Assembly: GCF_006345805.1 (NCBI RefSeq) | Contig: NW_021824650.1 | Span: 1-37,647 of the forward strand | Length of the DNA: 37,647 nt | Direction: 5' to 3' | Origin: Octopus sinensis | Taxonomy: Eukaryota | Shown: piece by piece, positions 1 to 10,384 of the stretch | Numbering within the stretch: the stretch's first letter is position 1 | Layout: every line of letters begins with the position of its first letter | Made by a program: the position numbers and the translations under genes | The notes under the pieces: model-generated | The model's database searches: none | Seen by the model: the letters and a program-made list of their open reading frames with translations, nothing else | What the model was told of the DNA's origin: nothing

Positions 1-110
1 CCACAACAGGACGTAGAAACGGGGAAAAACATAAATTATAACAAGAAATAAGGAAAAGTCCCAGGTCATCAGCTGTCGCTAGTTAGACTCAAGCGTGTTT
101 CGAAGGCGCA

Positions 111-272
111 TCCGTCTTTACGTTCAGAGTTCAAATTCCATCGCGGTTGGGTTTGCCTTTCCTCTTTTCTGGGTCGATGAAATAAGTACCAGTTGAACAC
201 TGGGGTCGATCTAATTGACATACATCTTCCTCGAAATTGCTGGCCCTGTGCGAAAACTTGAAACCGATATTA
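111..272 (+). mobile_element. SINE family C, 5'-truncated diverged copy
   Basis: Has the family motifs cgttcagagttcaaattcc (B-box-like), gtcgatgaaataagtaccagttgaacactggggtcgat and tail ggccctgtgc seen in copies at 3084, 12571 and 19578. Confidence 0.75.
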
Positions 273-897
273 TCTGTCAATCCCCTTTGTGCGTCTTTGC
301 TTCGGCTTACCACAGTTTCTCTCAGTTGTTTTGGTTGAACTTCTTGTGATGAAGGTAACAGAACTGTGATTAGTTTTAAGCAATCATTATTGAATAATTT
401 CCTGTACCGATGTTTAAGGGGGAAATGCTTATTTTATCAAAACTAGGAAGATTTTGCCGTACTGGTTTTAAAGGTCAATAACTGCGGAGGATTGAACCAG
501 GTAATATTAAGAAAATTCTTGTTAGTGAGTAGTAGATAATTAGAAGTATATTTAAAGTTGTCATTAAAAAATTTAGTTTCAATCGCAGTTGTAAAAAAAC
601 TTTCCATTATTCGAAGACATATTACTGAATTTTCAGCTACCGACTATCGTTTGAAGGCAAGCGTCTTTATAAAGATACGTAACATTTGTGTGGGGTTTAC
701 TGTGCCGCTCACAACCTGTGGCTAAGTAGAGAGCGACGGTTACGAAATCCATTGCAGTCATTTCAATGGCAACTATTATTTGCAAACGAAATTATTAACG
801 TTTCTAGTTCAATATTTCCTCTGCCGTCATATCCAAGCCATCATCTCTATAGAGGCCGCAGTATGAGTCATGAATTTATTGTTAAATATATTTTGGA

Positions 898-1414
898 CTA
901 GCAGTATCGCCCGGCGTTGCTCGGGTTTGTAAGGGAAATAACTATATAAGCATTTTTAGAGAGTTACTTCCCTTATAGATGCCAATTCGGGCTTTCTTAG
1001 CCATTTCTGCTTTGGTGTCTTCAAGCCATGAAGTCGTTGTTCTAAAAGAACGCTGGTCTCCTTGACAACGCTTTACGACGTTGATTTCCTTACACTCCCT
1101 TCCCCACAGCTTCACGAGGGAGGGAAGAAGGGGGAGAAGCAAACACAGGTGCAGGTGTGACCATGGACGCCAACTCCGCCGCCATCGACACACGAAAAAT
1201 TATTATGCATTAAAATGGATATAAAAATTATGTTAAATATTTTTAAAATCGTAGACTCATCGTAGACGCGCGCTAATACTCAGACGGGCTCGATATGAAT
1301 CACGACTATAAGATACCCGAATTTGGTTAAACTGCACCGCAAAATGTGGGAGTAGTTAGGAATCTAAATCGAAGGGGACAGACACTCACACAACTACAGT
1401 TTTATATATAAAGA
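898..1414 (-). mobile_element. Non-autonomous Helitron
   Basis: Minus strand starts TC(tttatatataaaa) and ends with hairpin cccgagcaacgccggg then CTAG; inserted between A and T with no TSD; both ends match 17845-18342. Confidence 0.85.
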
Positions 1415-1442
1415 TATACAGGCCAATGAGATCACATATCTC

Positions 1443-2100
1443 TGCTATATTGAACCATGCCAATGAGTCAGAGAAGATCTTTTTGTTTTTAAACAAGCAG
1501 ATAATTTTGTTATTAAAAGTAAAGTTTCTCTGATGTATATAACGATATCATTGTCATCTATAGAAACTTATGTATTTGCAAATACATTTGTTTCTATAGA
1601 TGACAATGATATCATTGTATACACCAGAGAAACTTTACTTTTAACTAGCAGTATCACGCGGCATTGCTCGGGTTTGTTTCGACCCTTTAGAATTGGAATT
1701 TTTGAAAAGTAAAAGTTTTGCATTATGTAGCTTGTTATTCTCTTTAAGTGAACATTTTTCTGGTTGAAATACACCGAAAAATGGCGACACAGCAGTCAAA
1801 AAATCGTAAAAAATAGGGATTTTCATAGAAAAAAAGCACCTTTTTGATGTAAATAATTTTTGGTGTTAACATGGTCTGATTTGAATTTTTTCTTCTACGG
1901 AAGGAAGAGCAAGCCGTCTTCTATCATACTCTCAATTTTGGTCAAGTTGCGCCGCAGGGTCTCGGAGGAGATAGTGTTAGTTGAAGGCTACCAAACCTGC
2001 CATACACAGACAACTTCAGCTTTATATATATAGATAAAATTATCTGCTTGCTTTAAAACAAAAATATCTTCCCTGACTCATTGGCATGGTTCATTATGCA
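1443..2100. repeat. Long foldback palindrome (MITE-like), right arm interrupted by a Helitron
   Basis: 1451-1578 is the near-perfect reverse complement of 1579-1644 plus 2035-2093; centre atgtatttgcaaatacat. Confidence 0.85.
1645..2034 (-). mobile_element. Non-autonomous Helitron (different internal sequence)
   Basis: 5' TCtatatatataaagctgaag; 3' cccgagcaatgccgcgtgatactgCTAG; A|T insertion site. Confidence 0.85.
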
Positions 2101-2245
2101 AGCACTGGTAATAATTTGAGAACTGAAGGATAGAATTGAACTTACTTCTACTGTCGATATATTTTTTTCAATGACTGACCCAGAGAATAGTTATTTTCCT
2201 AATTTTAGTGGCATTTTGTTCGTCCAGACGTTCTCAGTTCAAATT

Positions 2246-2867
2246 ACTTACTTACTTACTTGTACTTGTGGTGGCATTCACTCTGGGCGAGTTGAGTCGG
2301 CTTCTTCTACCACCCTCGAGGCATCTCCAAGAAGTTGGAAGAAGTTTCGTGGGAATATGTGGATTTCACAAGCGGTCCCCAACAATCCCGCATGTAGAGA
2401 CATCCTGTTTGCCACAGATTGTCCGCAGACGCAGGGACAGAACGACCGAGGAGCCGCCCGGTTGCCGAAACAGACACTCCGAGGATTTTCACCGTCTGCC
2501 GGATTGTGGCTCTAATACCACTCGGTGTCAGACCAATCCGCCTTGGGTGGCCCTACCAGGAACCGAAGTTCCCGACGGCATAGCTCTGACACTACCCGTT
2601 GCTAGCGTCCCGGGTTGTGGCCCTAATACCACTCGGTGTCAGACCAATCCGCCTTGGGTGGCCCTACCAGGAACCGAAGTTCCCGACGGCATAGCTCTGA
2701 CACTACACGTTGCTAGCATCCCGGGTTGTGGTCCTAGTACCATTCGGTGTCAGACCAATCCGCCTTGGGTGGCCCTACCAGGAACCGAAGTTCCCGACGG
2801 AATAGCTCTGACACTAACCGTTGCCAGCGTCCCCACTACGGTGAGGAGGGGATTGACTTTGGGAACG
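2246..2867 (-). mobile_element. Non-autonomous bipartite RTE-clade retroelement (5'UTR + 3' tail) with 11-bp TSD
   Basis: TSD CAGTTCAAATT at 2235-2245 and 2868-2878. Minus strand carries GAGCTATGCCGTCGGGA...CCTGGTAGGGCCACCCAAGGCGGA, resembling the 5'UTR block of BovB/Expander-type RTEs as I recall it. It ends ...CGCCCAGAGTGAATGCCACCACAAGTACAAG(TAAG)n, an RTE-type tail. Confidence 0.75.
2499..2832. repeat. 3 x 111-bp tandem repeat inside the RTE-derived element
   Basis: Units start at 2499, 2610 and 2721 and are near-identical. Confidence 0.95.
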
Positions 2868-3083
2868 CAGTTCAAATTCCACCGAAGTCGGCTTTACCTT
2901 TCATCGTTTCGGGGTCGATGACGTAAGTAACAGTTGAGCACTGGATTCAATTTAATCGACTTACTCTCACCACGCCCCTGGAATTGCTGGCCTTGTGCCA
3001 AAATTTGAAATTAGTATTTAGCTAATTAATCTGATCCTACTTTTTGCGTGATCAAAATACTTCTTATAATATTTCAGTGGGAT

Positions 3084-3579
3084 GAAGGCGGTGAACTGGC
3101 AGAAGCGTTAGCCCTTTGTCCTTGTTTGTCCCCTCTATGTTTAGCCCCTTGTGGGTAATAAAGAAATAAGAAACGTTAGCACGCCGGGCGAAATGCTTAG
3201 CGGTATTTCGTCTGCCGTTACGTTCTGAGTTCAAATTCCGCCAAAGTCGACTTTGCCTTTCATCCTTTCGGGGTCGATTAAATAAGTACCAGTTACGCAC
3301 TGGGGTCGATGTAATCGACTTAATCCGATTGTCTGTCCTTGTTTGTTCCCTCTGTGTCTATTCCCTTGTGGGTAGTAAAGAAATAGGTATGTCGTCTGTC
3401 TTTACGTTCTGAGTTCAAATTCCGCCGGGGTCGACTTTGCCTTTGCCTTACGAAAATGTTACGTATCTTTATAAAGACTTTCGGGGTCAATGAATTAAGT
3501 ACCAATGTCGTACTGGGGGCGATCTAATCGACTGGTCCACTCCCCCAAAATTTCGGGCCTTGCGCCTAGAGTAGAAAAG
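3084..3579 (+). mobile_element. Composite SINE C (host plus two nested same-family insertions) within a 16-bp TSD
   Basis: aatatttcag(t/c)gggat at 3068-3083 and 3580-3595; tRNA-like head tggcagaagcgttagc...gagttcaaattcc; central ctttcatcctttcggggtcgat..aagtacc block (resembles the MetaSINE-type domain, from memory). Confidence 0.85.
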
Positions 3580-4150
3580 AATATTTCAGCGGGATACACA
3601 CTTGAACAAAACCCTAAACATTTGCATAGTCTGGGTTTGTGGGTGATAGCTTGAACCTTTACTTTGTCGTATTAAAAGTATGTAATTTAGCGTCCTTTAC
3701 AATTTGGGTAACATTCTTTGTTACAAGTCTTTTTCTATTCCTTAAAACCACTTGTTTTGTTCTCCTACGAAATTACGACAGAGCTAAATCTTCCTGCGTA
3801 GATGATGATGATGTTCTTAAGGAATTCTATGCAACATGGCAGCGGATCTTCAACACAGCCTTGGCGATGCGGATTAATCAAACAAACCAAATAAGGCAAC
3901 ATCTCAGTAATCAAGTTGAAACGGGTCTTGAAATCCTAAATGCTTCGAGTGAAGCAGGGCTAATGTTGTGCATTTGTGCAGAATTTACAAGCTGTTGCGT
4001 TATTGCCGTTTGAATTACGTATTCTCCTCCAAACTCTTCAAGTGTGAGTTCGTAGAAGAATAAGGAACGGAAGAAAATTTCGAGTAGTTTCAGGTTTGGA
4101 GATCAATGGTCTGTCGCTATGCATCTCTGCCTCCCCATCTTCTCTCCCTT

Positions 4151-4180
4151 ATATATACATACATATATATATATATATAT

Positions 4181-4226
<46 letters not shown>

Positions 4227-4516
4227 GTATATATGCATGCATATATATATATGTATATGTATATATGCATGCATATATATATATATATATGTATATGCAT
4301 GCATATATATATATATATATATATGTATATGTGCATGCATATATATATATATGTATATGTATATATGCATGCATATATATATATATATGTATATGTATAT
4401 ATGCATGCATATATATATATATGTATGTATATGCATGCATATATATATATATATATGTATATGTATATATGCATGCATATATATATATATATATATTATA
4501 TGTATATATGCATGCA

Positions 4517-4549
<33 letters not shown>

Positions 4550-4608
4550 GCATATACAAACATGGATACATGAACACGCACGCATATATATGTATGTGTG
4601 TATGTATG
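4151..4608. repeat. Compound (TA)n / ATGCATGC microsatellite
   Basis: Direct reading. Confidence 0.95.
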
Positions 4609-4830
4609 AAGAGGAAGCCAGGAGATGCGAGAGAGGGGGGAACGAAAAGAAAAATAGTGGAAAGAACGAAGCAAGTGTGAAGGGGCTGATAGAAAGAAAG
4701 AATGATAGAATCCCCTCTCTTTCACATTTCCTGGCTTTCTCTTCATTCTCACCTTCCTTCCTCTTTCACTTCACTTTGTTCCTTGTTTTTCTTTGTCCCT
4801 CTTTTCTATCATCTGTCTGGATGTTTATAT

Positions 4831-5057
4831 ACTCTTTTTACTCTTTTACTTGTTTCAGTCATTTGACTGCGGCCATGCTGGAGCACCGCCTTTAGTCGAG
4901 CAAATCAACCCCGTACTTATTCTTTGTAAGCCCAGTACTTATCTAAACCGGTCTGTTTTGCGAACCGCTAAGTGACGGGGACGTAAACACACCAGCATCG
5001 GTTGTCAAGCAATGCTAGAGGGACAAACACAGACACACAAACATATACACACACACT

Positions 5058-5092
<35 letters not shown>

Positions 5093-5270
5093 TTATATAT
5101 ATATACATATATACGACAGGCTTCTTTCAGTTTCCGTCTACAAATCCACTCACAAGGCATTGGTCGGCCCGGGGCTATAGCAGAAGACACTTGCCCAAGA
5201 TGCCACGCAGTGGGACTGAACTCGGAACCATGTGGTTGGTTAGCAAGCTACTTACTACACAGCCACTCCT
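4831..5270 (-). mobile_element. SINE family A (tRNA-derived, CORE-like), full length
   Basis: A-box tggctgtgtagt, B-box gagttcagtccc, cttgggcaagtg block, internal (TA)n, (AGTAAAAG)n tail; matches 8027, 27054 and 31953. Confidence 0.9.
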
Positions 5271-5285
5271 ATATATATACATACA

Positions 5286-5440
5286 CGACGGTCTTCTTTC
5301 AGTTTCCGTCTACCAAATCAACTCACAAGGCTTGTTGGCCCGAGGCTTTAGTATAAGACACTTGCCCAAGGTGCCATGCAGTGGGACTGAACTCGTAACC
5401 ACGTGGTTGTCAAGCAAGCCACTTACCACACAGTCACTCG
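5286..5440 (-). mobile_element. SINE family A, 5' half only
   Basis: Second head directly adjacent to the full copy. Confidence 0.85.
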
Positions 5441-5514
5441 TATATAAATATATACGCCATGATAGATCATTAGCTCCTACACGCATTTTTTTCTCTCCTT
5501 GTTTTTTCCTGTGT

Positions 5515-5554
5515 ATCTTTCTGTCGAAGAGCGTAGGCTCGAAATGTAAAAGAT
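5515..5554 (+). ncRNA. Minimal type I hammerhead-like motif, family H1 (degenerate core)
   Basis: AUCUUU-CUGUCGA-A-GAGC(GUAG)GCUC-GAAAU-GUA-AAAGAU; 6-bp stem I, 4-bp stem II, two core deviations. Confidence 0.6.
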
Positions 5555-5656
5555 TTTTTTCTATTCCTGAGCGCTATACTAATACTTTGTTTGTTTGTAC
5601 TCCACCTGCCTTCGTCTTTTGTTTATTTTCGTAAACTTTCCCTTTATATTTTTTTT

Positions 5657-6021
5657 TAGCACTCCGTCGGTTACGACGATGAGGGTTCCGGTTGATCCGA
5701 ATCAACGGAACAGCCTGCTCGTGAAATTAACGTGTAAGTGGTTGAGCACTCCACCCTTAACGTAGTTCTGGGGGATATTCAGCGTGACAGAGAGTGACAA
5801 GGCCGGCCCTTTGAAATACAGGTACAACAGAAACAGGAAGTAAGAGTGAGAGAAAGTTGTGGTGAAAGAGTACAGCAGGGATCACCACCATCCTCTGCCG
5901 GAGCCTCGTGGAGCTTTAGGTGTTTTCGCTCAATAAACACTCACAACGCCCGGTCTAGGAATCGAAACCGCGATCCTATGACCGCGAGTCCGCTGCCCTA
6001 ACCACTGGGCCATTGCGCCTC
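5657..6021 (-). mobile_element. SINE family B (tRNA-Arg-like head), full length
   Basis: A-box tggcccagtgg, gactcgcggtc anticodon-like arm (TCG), B-box ggtttcgattcc; nearly identical to 13348-13725. Confidence 0.9.
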
Positions 6022-6034
6022 ATATATATATATA

Positions 6035-6442
6035 CTAGCTTAAGGTGACCCGCTCTACGCACGGGTGAGGGTGTGGTCGTTACTTTCTGTTGCTTCCTTT
6101 CTGTTTCTTATCCCCACATTCTCCCTCTTTCTTTCTCTCTCACTTTCCCACTCTCTTACTCTTCCTTTCTCTCGGACTCTCCCTCGCTTTCTCTTACTCT
6201 CTATCTTTCTCTATCTCTCTCTCTCTCCCATTTATAAAAAAAAAATAGATTTCCGCGTTTAAATTACAAATCCGCTTCCACTTTTACCACGTTGAAAAAT
6301 TGATTGAAATCGGGCAAAAGGTGTTCGATCTTGACCCCCAAGGGTCCCCAAAAATCAATAAAATCCCAGTTTGCCACTTAACCCGTTCCAATCGCAAAAT
6401 CAGACAAACAAACTTGTCGCCATTCAGCTTTATATATGTATA
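6035..6442 (-). mobile_element. Non-autonomous Helitron in (TA)n
   Basis: 3' hairpin acccgtgcgtagagcgggt followed by caccttaagCTAG|T; 5' end tatataaagctgaa matches that of 1645-2034; internal CT-rich tract. Confidence 0.7.
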
Positions 6443-6612
6443 TATATATATTCTCATATATGCACGGTTGTAAGAGTATATACATATCTTTAAATGCATG
6501 CGTACTCAAAATGAGGCACAAGCATTAACGTACATGTACATATATACATAACATAATCATACATACACGCACACACACAGATATGCATATGCATGCATGC
6601 GTGCATATATGA

Positions 6613-6651
<39 letters not shown>

Positions 6652-6747
6652 CATGTATGTATATGTATGTTTCTTATTACCTTATCATTGACGTAAACCT
6701 GTCTTGGAGTGCTAATAACTGTTGCTTGGATATCAGTAGGTTATTGC

Positions 6748-7150
6748 GGTGGTGGTGATGGTGGTGGTGATGGTGGTGGTAGTGGTGGTGGTGATGGTGG
6801 TGGTAGTGGTGATGGTGATGATGGATGATGGTGGTGGTGATGGTGGTGGTAGTGGTGATGGTGATAGTGGTGGTAGTGGTGATGGTGGTGGTAGTGGTGA
6901 TGGTGATGGTGGCGATGGTGGTGATGGTGGTGGTGATGGTGGTGATGGTAGTGGTGATGGTGGCGGTGGTGGTAGTGGTGATGGTGGCGGTGGTGGTAGT
7001 GGTGATGGTGGCGGTGGTGGTAGTGGTGATGGTGGTGGTGATGATGGTTATTACAGGGCATTACACGGGGCTAGGTGGTGTTGGAGATAGTGGTGGTGGT
7101 GGTGGTGGCGGTGTTGTTGTTGTTGTTTGTTGATGGTGGTGGTGGCGATG
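6748..7150. repeat. (GGT/GAT)n trinucleotide tract
   Basis: Direct reading; source of the poly-His/Gly/Val ORFs. Confidence 0.95.
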
Positions 7151-7328
7151 TCTGAAACAGCAACTAACACAAGCTGGCCGTCAGCAAGTGATGGAGTGAT
7201 ACAGAAGAGAAAGAGGTGAAGAAGATGGAAGTAGAGATGGTATGATAAGAGAGAGAGAGAGAGAGAGAGATGAACCAGGTGAAAAAGGTGGAGGGGGAAG
7301 AGGAAAAAAGTACGTGGGCGGAGTTGAA

Positions 7329-7753
7329 TTGTTGTTGTTGTTTTTGTTATCGTTGTTGTCGTCGTCGTCGTGGTAGTCGTCAGACCCTTCGCCTCCTCGC
7401 CTTCATCTTCCTCCTCTTTTAATTCCTCCTCTTCCTCTTCCTCCAGCTTCTGCTACTCCCTCGTCATTATCTTTATGATCAACATGACCACCACCACACC
7501 ACCACCACCGGCATCATCATCATCAACACAATCCTCATCTTCGTCATCAGCAACATCATCACCATCATCATCATCACCGCCATCATCTTCATCGTCATCA
7601 TCAACATCGCTATCATCATCATCATCATCACCATAATCATCATCATCATCATCATTATCATCATCAACCACAACAACATCGCCTCCACCGCAATCGCCAT
7701 GCTGTCGTTCTTCGTCGTCGTCACCATCCTCCTCCTCCTCCTCCTCCTCCTCC

Positions 7754-7788
<35 letters not shown>
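7329..7788. repeat. Compound (GTT)/(CCT)/(CAT)n trinucleotide tract
   Basis: Direct reading. Confidence 0.95.
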
Positions 7789-8026
7789 GGCATTGATGGC
7801 TTAGGAAATTCTTGTGACGTATTCAATTTTTTACAATTCACAATGAACACTATTTCTACGCGTGCTGCTAAGTTATTAAAAGAGATGCATATACACACAT
7901 ATATAGACACGGCCATCCATCCATCCATCCATCCAAATACGCATATATGTGTTGAAGTGTTGAGTAGAGCACTGACATAGTTTGGGCTACCTAGTGTCAT
8001 CCGCTGTTGGTGTGTATATATATATA

Positions 8027-8199
8027 CAGGAGTGGCTGTGTGGTAAGTAGCTTGTTTACCAACCACATGGTAACGGGTTCAGTCCCACTGCGTGGCACCT
8101 TGGGCAAGTGTCTTCTTCTATAGCCTCGGGCCGACCAAAGCCTTGTGAGTGGATTTGGTAGACGGAAACTGAAAGAAGCCCGTCGTATATATGTATATG

Positions 8200-8245
<46 letters not shown>

Positions 8246-8471
8246 CGCGTGTGTGTGCTTGTGTATCTGTGTTTGTCCCCAGCATTGCTTGACAACCGAT
8301 GCTGGGGTGTTTATGTCCCCATTACTTAGCGGTTCGGCAAAAGAGACCGACAGAATAAGTACTGGGCTTACAAAAGTATAAGTCCCGGGGTCGAGTTGCT
8401 CGATTAAAGGCGGAGCTCCAGCATGGCCGCAGTCATATGACTGAAACAAGTAAAAGAGTAAATGAGTAAAG

Positions 8472-8472
<1 letters not shown>
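8027..8472 (+). mobile_element. SINE family A, full length
   Basis: caggagtggctgtgtggtaag ... gggttcagtccc ... gactgaaacaagtaaaagag. Confidence 0.9.
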
Positions 8473-8505
<33 letters not shown>

Positions 8506-8576
8506 GTGACCTCGTGAGTACCACTGGCGATTTTTTTTCCTCTGTCTTCCCTTCTCGGGATCTTTCCTTCTCCTAT

Positions 8577-8611
8577 GTTTCCGACGAAGAGCTCTGCTCG
8601 AAACGTTAAAC
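8577..8611 (+). ncRNA. Minimal type I hammerhead-like motif, family H1
   Basis: GUUU-CCGACGA-A-GAGC(UCU)GCUC-GAAAC-GUU-AAAC; downstream ttcctgagcg...taatact shared with the 5515 copy. Confidence 0.6.
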
Positions 8612-8715
8612 CCTCCTTCTTTCCTGAGCGTCCAATAATACTATATTTGTTCTACGTCCTCGCTTGTTGTTTTGTTTTTTTTTTTTGTGTGTGTGTTTTC
8701 TTGTTTGGATTAACT

Positions 8716-8880
8716 AATATATAATGTATATATATATATATATAATAATATGTATTTATATATATAATATATATTATATGTATATATATATATATGTATA
8801 TATATAATATATATATATGTATATATATATATATGTATATATATTATATATGTATATATATATATATATATATGTATATA

Positions 8881-8934
<54 letters not shown>

Positions 8935-8964
8935 TATATATATATATATTATATATATATATAT
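8716..8964. repeat. (TA)n-rich microsatellite
   Basis: Direct reading. Confidence 0.95.
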
Positions 8965-9325
8965 CGTGGCACCCTCGTTTACGTCGACGAGGGTTCCTGT
9001 TGATTGGATCAACGGAACATCCTGCTCATGAAATTAACGTGCAAGGGGCTGAGTACTCCACAGACACGTGTACCCTTAACGCAGTTCTCGGGGGGTGATT
9101 CAGCGTGACACGGTGTGACAAGACTGGCCGTTTGAAATACAGACACAGCAGAAACAGGAAGAAAGATTGTACCTGTATTTCATAGGGGCCAGTCTTGTCA
9201 CACTCTGTGTCACGCTGCGTTAAGGGAACACGTGTCTGTGGAGTACTCAGCCACGTTAATTTCACGAGCAGGCTGTTCTGTCGAACGGATCAACCCGAAC
9301 CCCCACCGTCGTAACGAACGCAGTG

Positions 9326-9327
<2 letters not shown>
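8965..9327. mobile_element. Inverted pair of headless SINE B 3' halves (foldback)
   Basis: About 8968-9165 matches the B 3' half on minus and 9168-9327 the same segment on plus; flanked by (TA)n on both sides. Confidence 0.85.
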
Positions 9328-9376
<49 letters not shown>

Positions 9377-9607
9377 AGTATATATAGTTTTGATTGATGG
9401 ATACATAGAGATTGATGTTCACATACACACACACACACCACACACACACACAACATATAATATATTATTAATAAATAAGACATATGCATATATAATAAAT
9501 TAGTAAATAAAACATATGCATATATACATACATATATGTACGTACCTACCTCTACATGTATATATATACATACATACATACATATATATATATATCTTTC
9601 CCTTTTT

Positions 9608-9869
9608 TCTTTCTTTTACTTGTTTGTCATTTGACTGCGGCCATGCTGGAGCACCGCCTTCTAGTCGAGTAAATCGACCCTAGGACTTATTCTTTGTAAG
9701 CCTAGTACTTATTCTATCAGTCTCTTTTGCTGAACCGCTAAGTTACGGGGACGTAAACACACCAGCATCGGTTGTTAAGCAATGGTGGGGGGTGGGGGGA
9801 CAAACACAGACACACAAACATACACATACATATATATATATACATATATACGACGGGCTTCTTCCAGTT
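9608..9869 (-). mobile_element. SINE family A, 3' part
   Basis: Tail through cgacgggcttcttccagtt; head absent. Confidence 0.85.
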
Positions 9870-9885
9870 AGATATATATAATATA

Positions 9886-9918
<33 letters not shown>

Positions 9919-10069
9919 GATTAAGTAAATGAAAAAAACACACAAATTTCCACACGAGAACACTTGATTTCTGCCCTTGCATGTAGCTTCAACCGTGTTT
10001 TTTTGACATGATTTGCTACCCGGGTATCGGTTAACCGAATTATCCATACTAGGATAATTCATTCACCTA

Positions 10070-10119
<50 letters not shown>

Positions 10120-10384
10120 GATATACAGGGTTTTTAATCTTTCATTAATCTATTTTCTTTTCTTTTTCTTTATTGGTGTTGTTGTTCTTAGAGTTGCTGT
10201 TGCTTTCATTGCACCTGCTGTTGTTGTTGTTGTAGTGGTGTTGGTCGTCATCGTCGTCGTTGTTTCCCTCTTCCTCCTCCTCCTGCTGATAACCATTTCC
10301 CATTGACAAAGCTGAGTGGAGAGACCTGTAGTAAACCGAATCTTTTTTATCTTTCAAGTGCTGAAGCTGGAAACAACGTCATCG

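Larger units (their letters stand above)
2207..3012 (+). mobile_element. SINE family C copy split by an RTE-derived insertion
   Basis: cgttctcagttcaaatt at 2229-2245 resumes as cagttcaaattccaccgaagtcggctttacctttcatc at 2868 and runs to tail ggccttgtgccaaaatttgaaa. Confidence 0.8.

Noticed and set aside
61-110. Minus-strand GAAAC...GUC...CUGAUGA as a permuted (type II) hammerhead
   Set aside because: Stems I and II cannot be paired; at most a remnant cut by the adjacent SINE.
1528-1575. ctgatgta...tatagaaacttatgta as a hammerhead
   Set aside because: Core reads CUGAUGU, there is no stem I after GUA, and the segment is sequestered in the long palindrome.
2499-2832. CRISPR-like array
   Set aside because: Units are contiguous near-identical repeats without unique spacers; eukaryotic context, no cas genes.
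2208-2921. 237-aa ORF with three 37-aa repeats
   Set aside because: Antisense to the RTE-derived element, begins and ends inside a SINE, and stays open because the 111-bp unit is a multiple of three.
4096-4895. Long YI/HT/CV-rich ORFs here and at 10691, 25291, 30330 and 35144-36834
   Set aside because: Translations of dinucleotide and trinucleotide microsatellites, open in several frames at once.
5940-6021. tRNA gene (also the heads at 13650-13725, 24687 and 27970-28042)
   Set aside because: A and B boxes are present but no complete cloverleaf or acceptor stem; each is fused to a SINE body.
6741-7133. His-rich or Gly-rich structural protein exon (cephalopod beak-like)
   Set aside because: Pure GGT/GAT repeat open in several frames, with no clear splice context or non-repetitive coding flank; cannot be supported without transcripts.
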